Shown here: positions 20,201-27,220 of the stretch, piece after piece
How positions within the stretch are numbered: position 1 is the first letter of the stretch
How the letters are laid out: each line of letters starts with the position of its first letter
Source of the DNA: Chitinophagales bacterium
GTDB taxonomy: Bacteria; Bacteroidota; Bacteroidia; Chitinophagales; LD1
DNA: 64,000 nucleotides
Direction of reading: 5' to 3'
Assembly (NCBI GenBank): GCA_016786765.1
Contig: JAEUUZ010000035.1
Span: 7,694-71,693, forward strand
Notes under the pieces: model-generated
Seen by the model: the letters and a program-made list of their open reading frames with translations, nothing else
What the model was told of the DNA's origin: nothing
The model's database searches: none
Program-made: the position numbers and the translations under genes

Positions 20201-20331
20201 GTTAATCCTTTCGAAGCGAAGCTTTCCGCTTTGTTTTCAACTATTTTTGTTGCTACCGTGAAAGAAAGTTGATAGATAGAAACAAGAATAAAAATAATTG
20301 TAAATACCTTAATAAGTCCTTTTAATTGCAT
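17218..20331 (-). CDS. secDF: Protein translocase subunit SecDF (fused)
   Basis: 1037 aa. GLDLKGG and two 6-TM RND-like blocks (SecD then SecF). Fusion is typical of Bacteroidota. Confidence 0.9.
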   Translation of the reverse strand: MQLKGLIKVFTIIFILVSIYQLSFTVATKIVENKAESFASKGLTLDPPSSLSGASKIIYEDSVGNIFKSKKRYFLDSVQNETAYNFFWLMKYSYKDCRDRQLNLGLDLKGGMSLVLEISEEDVLKKLANNNPDAAFNKAVDEAGKIHTKEGGNFLAVFKEQYEKNVPNGKLANIFAAVESYKGKINFNSSNSDVIKAISTDMNSAVSETFNVLKTRIDQFGVASPTITLQANTGRIILELPGLDDPSRVRKILQQTAQLEFWDTYENEEVIDALAQGDIALGTKIFNENKTNGVDSTTAAADTTGGISLNDLTSNADTTKKATDTTKSTAKADVPTKKDSSNLRPIFKYLEPNYDRENNKYGEGATIGYARGNDTSIINKYLADDIMKTALPRDLRLLWTAKPMNAKSNVFALIAIKANPSSQEAPLTGDVITNASKEFENGLPAVSLTMNALGASKWEKMTEDAVNATVNGRSVKKCVAIVLDNQVFSSPRVQNKISGGRTQITGINDIAEADDLANILKSGKLEAKTRIIEEQVIGPSLGKEAIRSGLLSMLFGFIIVCLFMLAYYSTSGIVAVIAVMLNLFFIIGVLANFGAALTLPGMAGIVLTLAIAIDANVIINERIREELAKGKAMKLAIADGYKHSYSAIFDGNITTLLIGVVLLFFGYGPVKGFAVTLVIGILTSLFTAVGFSQIIFDWFSSRGKELKFGTEFTLNLLRGFHFKFMEKRKTFYTISAIVFAISFISMFTIGFDLGVDFKGGRSYVVKLDQDVKTSDIATALEKPLGSKPLVKTYGSNSQIQITTAYLIDQNTPEVDSIIESKLFEGLGTSFAQKGTFESFRTKNIKSITRIEATIAEDIRKSAFLSGLIAMIGIFIYIYFRFKKVEYATGTLAALIHDPIIVLGLFSLLRHISPFSLEIDQNVVAAILTLIGYSVNDTVIVFDRIREHLKLYPTKPLIENVNDAINTTLSRTIMTSVAAELVVLVLFIFGGDAIKQFSFAMVIGIAIGTYSSICIAAPIMVDMLLRRNKSTNTAEVAK

Positions 20332-20489
20332 TGCAGTGTTTTTATTTCAAAAAATGAGTGGCAAATATAAAATTAATTGTGAAATGTGGAAGCTTGACGG
20401 GGTATTGTCCATGTTTTGACGTCAGAAGGTTGGGGTAGGCTTTCAAAATTCTGATTTTTTAGTAGTTTTAGCTAAAATACCAGACAAAA

Positions 20490-20801
20490 ATGAATAAAAA
20501 CCTATTTAACATTTCAATAGCCCTTGTGGCTATAGTGCTTTTTTTAGCACAATGTAGCACAACTTCTAAATTTTATACCCCAACAGACGTAAACGTATCC
20601 TCAAAAGCCAGTTTAGAGGAATTAAACCAAGGACGAGCTTTATTAATGGAAAAATGCGGACAGTGCCATGGCGTTCCTGCACCACGTAAGCATGATGCAG
20701 AGGGTTGGAAGCCTACAATGGCATCAATGCAAGTAAAAGCGCAGATTTCCGACACTCAACGCGAATTGATTTACAAATACTTAACATCGGAAAAAAACTA
20801 A
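20490..20801 (+). CDS. Small lipoprotein with a single CxxCH haem-c motif (cytochrome c-like)
   Basis: 103 aa. Signal/lipobox LFLAQC and CGQCH motif. Confidence 0.45.
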   Translation: MNKNLFNISIALVAIVLFLAQCSTTSKFYTPTDVNVSSKASLEELNQGRALLMEKCGQCHGVPAPRKHDAEGWKPTMASMQVKAQISDTQRELIYKYLTSEKN

Positions 20802-20857
20802 AGTAGTTTCTTTTCTCAACTACTTTCCTAGTTTTGCGCCCCTAAACAAACAATATA

Positions 20858-21277
20858 ATGGCATCTAATATTACATTAACAATGATTAAACCTGATGCAG
20901 TAGCAGCAGGTCATTCCGGAAAGATTATCGACATGATTATTCAAGCCGGATTTCGCGTTCAGGCAATGAAGTTGACGCGTTTATCAACAGAAAAAGCACA
21001 AGAATTTTACGCAGTGCACAGTGCTCGTCCGTTTTTCGGAGATTTAGTGAAGTTTATGACCGAAGGTCCGATTATTGCTGCAGTTTTAGAGAAAGAAAAT
21101 GCGGTTGAAGATTTCAGAAAATTAATCGGAGCTACAAATCCGGCTAATGCAGAAGAAGGAACCATCCGTAAGGCTTTCGCTACGGATATCGAGAGAAATG
21201 CAGTACACGGATCTGACAGCAATGAAAATGCAGCCATTGAGGCTTCATTCCACTTTGCAGGAGTAGAGCGTTTCTAA
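20858..21277 (+). CDS. ndk: Nucleoside-diphosphate kinase
   Basis: 139 aa. [10 protein letters not shown]... and NAVHGSDS active-site His region. Confidence 0.95.
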   Translation: MASNITLTMIKPDAVAAGHSGKIIDMIIQAGFRVQAMKLTRLSTEKAQEFYAVHSARPFFGDLVKFMTEGPIIAAVLEKENAVEDFRKLIGATNPANAEEGTIRKAFATDIERNAVHGSDSNENAAIEASFHFAGVERF

Positions 21278-21296
21278 ATAATTTCAATATTTTTAG

Positions 21297-21336
21297 AGCC
21301 GGTAATCACTTTTTGTGGTTATCGGCTTTTTGTTTT
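21297..21336 (+). terminator. Rho-independent terminator downstream of ndk
   Basis: Stem agccggtaatcac / gtggttatcggct (13 bp with two G-U pairs), loop ttttt, then a T-rich tail. Confidence 0.6.
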
Positions 21337-21389
21337 AAACGCTTGTTTCATTTTCTAGCTACTAACGGCTAGGAGCTAATTACTAAAGT

Positions 21390-21770
21390 ATGGTACTGAA
21401 CTCACTCTATATTTCCAATTCAAAAGGCAAAGGCCGCGGTGTGTTTACCGATCAATTTATTGAAGCCGATTCGATTGTAGAAATTGCCCCAGTGATTATT
21501 TTAAACGAAAAGGATTCAAAAATTTTGGCGGAAACAGAGCTGTTCTATTACAATTTTCAGTGGGGAAAGAAAAAGACCGCCATGGCTTTAGGCTATGGTT
21601 CCATTTATAATCATTCTTACACTCCGAATTGCAAATATGTGGCCTTTCACAAAGAAGGATTTTTGCATTTTATCACCCTTCGCGATATCGAAGCAGGCGA
21701 GGAGCTCACCATCAACTATAATTTCGACCCGAAAGACCAAAGTCCGCTTTGGTTTAAGACCAAGAAATAG
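21390..21770 (+). CDS. SET domain protein (putative protein-lysine methyltransferase)
   Basis: 126 aa. GRGVFT, YNHSYTPNC (NHSxxPN) and EELTINY motifs. Confidence 0.8.
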   Translation: MVLNSLYISNSKGKGRGVFTDQFIEADSIVEIAPVIILNEKDSKILAETELFYYNFQWGKKKTAMALGYGSIYNHSYTPNCKYVAFHKEGFLHFITLRDIEAGEELTINYNFDPKDQSPLWFKTKK

Positions 21771-21839
21771 ATTTTACTTTATCGGAAATTAGTACTAACT
21801 TCACCACCATTGTTTCACCAAACTCATTTAAACACAAAC

Positions 21840-23147
21840 ATGAAAAAATTTTTACTTGCATTTGCGACATCTGCTTTGGCAATGTCGTATTCTTTTGCGC
21901 AAGTATTGAACCCAAGCTTTGAAAACTGGGGTGCAGATACTTCGTACTTAGACCTTACTTCATTAGGTGGTCCGAAAGACACCGCTATTTTTCAAGACCC
22001 AAATGGTTGGACATCTGTTAACGCAGTTATCGGAGGAAAAGCATTTGGCGTTAAACAATTTGTTACACCAACCACTCAGGCTAATTTAGGCGCTAATGCA
22101 GTTCGTTGCGTAACCGATACAGTAACCGTTCCGGTATTATTAAGTCAGTTAACATTACCTGGTTTCGTTATCAGTGGCGACTTCAAAATTTCATTAACTA
22201 GTTTTGTGGGAAATAACTTTAGCCCTACAAACATTCCGGGCGCAGGAATTGCTATTAATCCTCCACGCAGAATTGGCAAATTAGAAGGCTATTACCAATA
22301 TGCTCCGGTTGCTGGAAAAGTAGGACAAGATTCTTGTGCTGCAATTGCAGTATTGAAGAAAGGAAATCTAGTAGTAGCGCAAGCCAATTTCTTCGCTGTT
22401 AATGCACAATCTACTTATGCTAAATTTAGTGCTGATTTTGTTTATACTTCATGCTTAATTCCGGATAGTGCTGTAATTATTCTATCGTCAAGTAATCCTT
22501 ACTCTTTACAATCATTGTTAGGTGGAGGAACCGCAACATTACCAATTGGTGGAGCGGCTTTGTTTGATGATATTGCTTTGGTAGATACTACAGGAACATT
22601 CTCTGTTCCGCCAATCGCTAATGTCGACACATCATCTACAATGAAAAATACACCGAAAAATATTTCGGTATTAACGAACGATGAGTCTTGCTATGGAGGA
22701 ACTCTTTCAGCTGCATTATTAGGTTCTAGTTCACCACACGGAACATTATCTATTGCTGCAGGCGTTGTAACCTATACACCAACAACAAACTATATAGGAG
22801 GTGATACATTCTATTACACATTGTCATCAACAGGAACAGCTCAAACTGCCAAAGGAATGGTAACTGTTACTGTAAAAAACAATGTAGGTATAAATGCAGT
22901 TGATGCTATTCAAGCAAACGTTTATCCTAACCCGGTTCAAACGCGTTTAAATATTGAAGCAGATGCTAAATTAGTAGCGAAAGCAGTAGTTACGGATGTG
23001 GTTGGAAAGGTAGTTGCTGTTGAAACTATTTCTTCGGATAAAACTGTTATCAATACTACTGAATTCCAAAACGGATTGTATGTTGTTTCTTTAGTGGATG
23101 CAACAGGTAGAACAAGATTTATGTCGAAAATTGCGGTAGAGAAATAA
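21840..23147 (+). CDS. Secreted protein with cadherin/Ig-like domain and T9SS C-terminal sorting domain
   Basis: Start moved to MKKFLLAF (signal peptide). VLTNDES...GTLS...VTYTPTTNYIGGDTFYYTL (cadherin-like/VCBS-type). C-terminal VYPNPVQTRLNIE...GLYVVSL... T9SS type-A CTD. Confidence 0.6.
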   Translation: MKKFLLAFATSALAMSYSFAQVLNPSFENWGADTSYLDLTSLGGPKDTAIFQDPNGWTSVNAVIGGKAFGVKQFVTPTTQANLGANAVRCVTDTVTVPVLLSQLTLPGFVISGDFKISLTSFVGNNFSPTNIPGAGIAINPPRRIGKLEGYYQYAPVAGKVGQDSCAAIAVLKKGNLVVAQANFFAVNAQSTYAKFSADFVYTSCLIPDSAVIILSSSNPYSLQSLLGGGTATLPIGGAALFDDIALVDTTGTFSVPPIANVDTSSTMKNTPKNISVLTNDESCYGGTLSAALLGSSSPHGTLSIAAGVVTYTPTTNYIGGDTFYYTLSSTGTAQTAKGMVTVTVKNNVGINAVDAIQANVYPNPVQTRLNIEADAKLVAKAVVTDVVGKVVAVETISSDKTVINTTEFQNGLYVVSLVDATGRTRFMSKIAVEK

Positions 23148-23166
23148 ACGTTCTCTCTCCTAATCT

Positions 23167-23202
23167 TAAAAACGGCTTACATGAATTTGTAAGCCGTTTT
23201 TA
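23167..23202. terminator. Bidirectional rho-independent terminator between convergent genes
   Basis: Perfect 10-bp stem acggcttaca / tgtaagccgt (23172-23181 / 23188-23197), flanked by an A-run upstream and a T-run downstream. Confidence 0.65.
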
Positions 23203-23219
23203 TTTTAACTGGAAATGGA

Positions 23220-24635
23220 TTATAGGAACTTCTGTATTTTTTCTATTAGCCATTTTCTATCGGCAATGGCTTTAGTTTGTTGGGTTTGTTCAAGTAATTT
23301 TTGCGCTTTTTCTTTATCTCCTTTATTGAGTTTTGTAATGGCCGATAAAATATTTAGGAAGTTGTTGTTGCTTTCGGCCGAACTTGGAGCAACTTCCTTT
23401 TTCCGGTTTACAAACACTTTGAGGGCGTGGAGGGCAGAGTCTAAGGCACTCATTTCATTAAGCTCGTAAAAACATTGGAGGATCATTCGTCTTCCGCCAA
23501 CTTGATAAAACAAGTCGGTGAAGGTCGTTTTGTTGAGTAGTTGAATCGTTTCTCCATATTTCTTTTCAACGAGTAATATTTTACACTGACAAAAAGCAGC
23601 AATATCCTTTCGAACCGATTGCTCTAGTTTCGGGGATTGTTCTTTGATGAATTGTCTAACAAAATCGGTTTTGTTTAATTGAAGAGCTGCAGTTACTGCA
23701 TTCAGAAACACCCCAGGTGATATCAAATTATTCTTATTTACTAATGTATTTGATTTGATTCGTGTAACATGGAGCAGGTGTACTTCTTTAGTGTAATTAA
23801 AACCATTGTTTATCTTCCATGCAGCAAAATTCTCGGCTACCGTAATCATTAAGCGCAACAACTGGTCGTGAAGGCAATTTTCTTCATCAACAATAGCGTT
23901 TAGCATCTTTTCGAAATATACTTCTTCGTTCGTAAGTAATAGTTTCACAGCCGCTAAAAAGGGTTGAATGAGTTTGTCCTTTTGAAAACGAATATCATTT
24001 TCTGCTAGCTGAATAAACGTGTCAGCCCAAGTAATAACGAGTGTATTAGAAAAAACTTTGCTGTGGCTTAATGCATTACACAAATCAACAAGTTTAGCAA
24101 AGAGAATATATCGATCAAGTGCATCAATTTGATTTTGAATTTTTCTATTCCCTTCAATAATATTATGATTAACATCAATGTTGTTCTGAAAGACATTAAA
24201 ACTATAGTCGAACCATAAATCTTTTGTGTCTATTTTAGGAAGCTTATTGAGCGCAAGTTGAGCGTCTTCAAAATCTTTTTTAAACTCATTATATAGCTCT
24301 TTTTCTTCTACATACAAGAGGAAATAATAGTTGTGAATAAAAGATTCATTTTTGATTTGTTGGATAACAATAAAGTCTTTCGCTACTTCTAAAAGTTCAT
24401 GAAATAGTTTTCGAAGTATTTTAATATCAATTTGATGTTTTTTGAGCAGAAAAGCTACAATGTATTCCTGTTCGCTTTCTTTTCTTTTGAGTGAATCTTG
24501 AATTGATTTTAAGAGTAAAGTAAGTTTATGCTTTTCACCATTTTGACTACTGCAAAACGACTCGAATTGTTTAAGCTCCGTGTTACTAAAATGCTCTAAC
24601 AGTTTTATTAATTTGTATTCTCGCATATTGGGCAT
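23220..24635 (-). CDS. Hypothetical all-helical (TPR-like?) cytoplasmic protein
   Basis: 471 aa. No signal peptide or TM segment, K/E/L/N-rich helical pattern, no recognised motif. Confidence 0.5.
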   Translation of the reverse strand: MPNMREYKLIKLLEHFSNTELKQFESFCSSQNGEKHKLTLLLKSIQDSLKRKESEQEYIVAFLLKKHQIDIKILRKLFHELLEVAKDFIVIQQIKNESFIHNYYFLLYVEEKELYNEFKKDFEDAQLALNKLPKIDTKDLWFDYSFNVFQNNIDVNHNIIEGNRKIQNQIDALDRYILFAKLVDLCNALSHSKVFSNTLVITWADTFIQLAENDIRFQKDKLIQPFLAAVKLLLTNEEVYFEKMLNAIVDEENCLHDQLLRLMITVAENFAAWKINNGFNYTKEVHLLHVTRIKSNTLVNKNNLISPGVFLNAVTAALQLNKTDFVRQFIKEQSPKLEQSVRKDIAAFCQCKILLVEKKYGETIQLLNKTTFTDLFYQVGGRRMILQCFYELNEMSALDSALHALKVFVNRKKEVAPSSAESNNNFLNILSAITKLNKGDKEKAQKLLEQTQQTKAIADRKWLIEKIQKFL

Positions 24636-24671
24636 ACAACGTGAAAGCTTATTTTAAATTATACATCCTAT

Positions 24672-24702
24672 AAAAAAAGCCACCCCATTTGGGGTGGCTT
24701 TT
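24672..24702 (-). terminator. Rho-independent terminator of the 24721-25986 gene
   Basis: Stem gccacccc / ggggtggc (24679-24686 / 24691-24698). On the minus strand it is followed by a T7 run. Confidence 0.7.
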
Positions 24703-24720
24703 GGAAGCTAAGATATAATT

Positions 24721-25986
24721 TTAGTATTTCATAAACTTCTTAGTTTGTCTGTTGCCGTTCTGTATCACAGAAACAATATACATTCCCTTGCTATAATTAA
24801 CGATATTAAAAGTATGGCTAGACGAGTTAAGCTCATCTTGCTTTTCAACAATACGACCCGTTTGATCAAATACTACAACCGAATAGTTATCGTTATTGTT
24901 GCCTCCTAATGCTAGGGTTACATTATCCTCTTTTTGATAAAGATTAAATGATTCTCCGGAGTTAGCGATAAGGAGATTAAATTCGTCAATAATATCTTGG
25001 TCTTCCACTAATTTTGGCAATGATTCGCTACTCGGTTGTTCAGTTTCATCAGTTTTTAGGCTTGTTGAAGCACAAACTGAACCGCAGTATCTTGAATCTC
25101 CTGCTCTATAGCAGCCGGTATATGTAATACCTGATGTGTATAAAGAGTTTAAGTAGTAGTTGTTTACTGAATAGTTGACATTTGGACAAATACCTAAACT
25201 GCAGACGGATTGTTTTATGTAATTTGAGAGATATTGGTTTACTCTGTTATTAGTAATAACGGCAGGGGTCGTTGTGCAAGATGAGGTACGCCAGGTTGTT
25301 GAGCATGGGGATGGTGTTATGTCTGACGGAGTAAAAGAAGTTAGTACAGAACTTCTTGTCACCGCTGGCAAATAGTGTGTGTTTCCCAAATAGTTAAGGT
25401 TAATATTGTAATTTTCCAACACAGGATAATTTAATATATCTGCAGAGTAAGTTCCTTTTAAAGGAGCTAGAGGAGGTCTTGAAGTACTTGAGAAATCTCC
25501 TCCATATGCAGCAAAGTTTGCAAATGAATAAGTCCCAATTGTACCTCTAGAACAAGGTGAGGATGGTGTGCCACCAATATTAAACTCAATAATCAATGTT
25601 ACAGCAGTAGGTGTAATTGGGGGTTCAAAGTCTGATTTAATTGTTGCGATGGATGAATTCCCACCCCCTTTTAATATAGTTGATACACCAAACCGATATG
25701 CAGCACCTGGTTGAAATAAAAATATGGGCATATATACAGTAGTTGTTTGAGGCCCAACAGTAAATGACATTGGTGTTGGTTCATTCACTTTTTTATAATA
25801 AACAGTGTATCCTTCAGCTCCGGTAACTGTGCCCCAAGAAAGTATAACATCGTTATTGTTATATAAGTCTTGAGTTACAGTTACATTACATGGTGTAGAA
25901 GTAGGACAAGTAAGCGCAAAACTCTGAAATTGTATTCCAAACAGTAGTATTGCCAAAATGGTGATGATTCTTTTTTGCATGGTCAT
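24721..25986 (-). CDS. Secreted Cys-rich protein with N-terminal Fn3-like domain and T9SS C-terminal sorting domain
   Basis: 421 aa. Signal peptide. LSWGTVTGAEGYTVYY (Fn3-like). C-terminal YSVVVFDQTGRIV...GMYIVSVIQNGNRQTKKFMKY T9SS CTD. Confidence 0.6.
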   Translation of the reverse strand: MTMQKRIITILAILLFGIQFQSFALTCPTSTPCNVTVTQDLYNNNDVILSWGTVTGAEGYTVYYKKVNEPTPMSFTVGPQTTTVYMPIFLFQPGAAYRFGVSTILKGGGNSSIATIKSDFEPPITPTAVTLIIEFNIGGTPSSPCSRGTIGTYSFANFAAYGGDFSSTSRPPLAPLKGTYSADILNYPVLENYNINLNYLGNTHYLPAVTRSSVLTSFTPSDITPSPCSTTWRTSSCTTTPAVITNNRVNQYLSNYIKQSVCSLGICPNVNYSVNNYYLNSLYTSGITYTGCYRAGDSRYCGSVCASTSLKTDETEQPSSESLPKLVEDQDIIDEFNLLIANSGESFNLYQKEDNVTLALGGNNNDNYSVVVFDQTGRIVEKQDELNSSSHTFNIVNYSKGMYIVSVIQNGNRQTKKFMKY

Positions 25987-26065
25987 TGTTTTATTTAAAG
26001 ATGAAGAAAATATGTTAAAAGGTTGCCTTTGTCAAGAGAAAGTGTGATTTATTTGAGTAAGCGTG

Positions 26066-26797
26066 TTATTGAGGACCTATTTGTTTGAATTTTTCTAGAA
26101 AGAAATCTTTTTTTCGTGCGGCCACATCAATTCTTGTTTTGTCGTGCAGCACTACATATCCACCTCGGCCTTTTACATATTCGGCAATAAACTTTGGGTT
26201 AATGAGATGTGAGCGATGGATGCGCAGAAAACCATATTGTGCCAAAATGTTTTCGTATTCTTTTAACGTTTTCGCTACCAAAAACTTCTGTTTACTTTCT
26301 AAGATAATGTAAGTGTAATTATTATCGGATTCACATCGTACGATATTCGGAATGTCAACAAAATTCATCCCGTTAAGCGTAGGCACGGTTAGTTTTGACG
26401 AGTAGTTATGTGATTGCTGAACGTTATTCTTTTTTGGGGCAAACTGCAATTTGCATACAAGCTTTTGTACTAATCTACTGAGGTTGTTTTTAATGTCGCC
26501 ATGCATACAATAATCATCTATTCCTATTTCCATGAGCGACATTCCTTTTTCCTCTGTATCGGTTAATGCGATTGTTTTTGCTGTGTTAGTTCGAAGATTA
26601 TCGAGCCAAGCAGAGGCCGTTTTTAATGTGCCTAATTCTGCAATAATTAAATCGTGATGACCCATATCGCAGAGTTGTATTTCCGGGCAGTACGAAAAGC
26701 TAAATGCATAACCTTGTAATTGATTTAATGCATACATTATTTCTTCGAAGCAAGCAACAGCTCTGCAGATGATTTTTACATTGATAGTTGATTTCAT
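26066..26797 (-). CDS. LytTR-family DNA-binding regulator with degenerate (pseudo-)receiver domain
   Basis: Start moved to MKSTINVKII. C-terminal LytTR pattern (IVRCESDNNYTYIILESKQKFLVAKTLKEYE...FLRIHRSHLINPKFI). The N-terminal REC-like fold lacks the acidic pocket residues. Confidence 0.7.
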   Translation of the reverse strand: MKSTINVKIICRAVACFEEIMYALNQLQGYAFSFSYCPEIQLCDMGHHDLIIAELGTLKTASAWLDNLRTNTAKTIALTDTEEKGMSLMEIGIDDYCMHGDIKNNLSRLVQKLVCKLQFAPKKNNVQQSHNYSSKLTVPTLNGMNFVDIPNIVRCESDNNYTYIILESKQKFLVAKTLKEYENILAQYGFLRIHRSHLINPKFIAEYVKGRGGYVVLHDKTRIDVAARKKDFFLEKFKQIGPQ

Positions 26798-26863
26798 ACC
26801 CCTTGTTTTTGTGATACAAAGATGCGCTATGATTATAGCTGCTGCAATCACAAAAATTGAAGG

Positions 26864-26879
26864 TTATTCTTAAGAATAA
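26864..26879. promoter_or_regulatory. Perfect 16-bp palindrome TTATTCTTAAGAATAA upstream of the LytTR gene (candidate operator)
   Basis: Read directly. Lies 67-82 nt upstream of the preferred ATG at 26797, in the divergent intergenic region. Confidence 0.3.
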
Positions 26880-26982
26880 GTTAATGTCTCTTTTTAATTT
26901 ATTGATTTTCAGATTAATGCGTAGTCGGTTTTTCTGTTTTCTTACGCGCTCACTCATTTTTTACCGGATACTGATTGATTAA

Positions 26983-27138
26983 TGCTTTCGTTTTCGCACT
27001 AATTCTTTAGGTAAAAGCACGAATACTCGACCAACATACACGTGTTCTTGATGTGACTAGAATGGATGCTTTTGTCTGTCGAATTTTGAATCAACAAAAG
27101 CAAAAAATATGGGGGAAAGAAAATGCGAAAACAAAGCA
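26983..27138. repeat. Long-range inverted repeat (16/15-nt arms) enclosing an inner 8-bp-stem hairpin
   Basis: Arm 1 tgctttcgttttcgca (26983-26998). Arm 2 tgcgaaaacaaagca (27124-27138) is its reverse complement apart from one extra c. Inner hairpin gcttttgt...acaaaagc at 27068-27101. Confidence 0.5.
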
Positions 27139-27220
27139 CCGCCTTGATTTCAGACAGCTTTAAAAACACCACCGCGTAAGCCGAAAAGCGGAATTTAAGA
27201 GTAGGCGAAAAAATCAATTT

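Noticed and set aside
20394-20424. TTGACG direct repeat (22-nt spacing) and TGACGTCA palindrome in the secDF/cytochrome-like divergent region
   Set aside because: Hexamer repeats and 8-bp palindromes of this kind are expected about once per window by chance. There is no supporting evidence for a regulator site.
21353-21380. 28-nt segment upstream of the SET gene (ttctagctactaacggctaggagctaat) resembling 53011-53038 upstream of nuoD (ttctaacagctagtggctagaagctaat), 22/28 identical
   Set aside because: By a rough estimate, 22/28 matches between some pair of positions is expected by chance several times in 64 kb on both strands. With only two copies I cannot call it a repeat or a shared regulatory motif. 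A genome-wide motif search would be needed.
26999-27217. 72-aa minus-strand ORF in the 369-bp intergenic region
   Set aside because: No plausible start context, a hydrophobic low-complexity product, and overlap with the inverted-repeat elements. More likely non-coding regulatory sequence.
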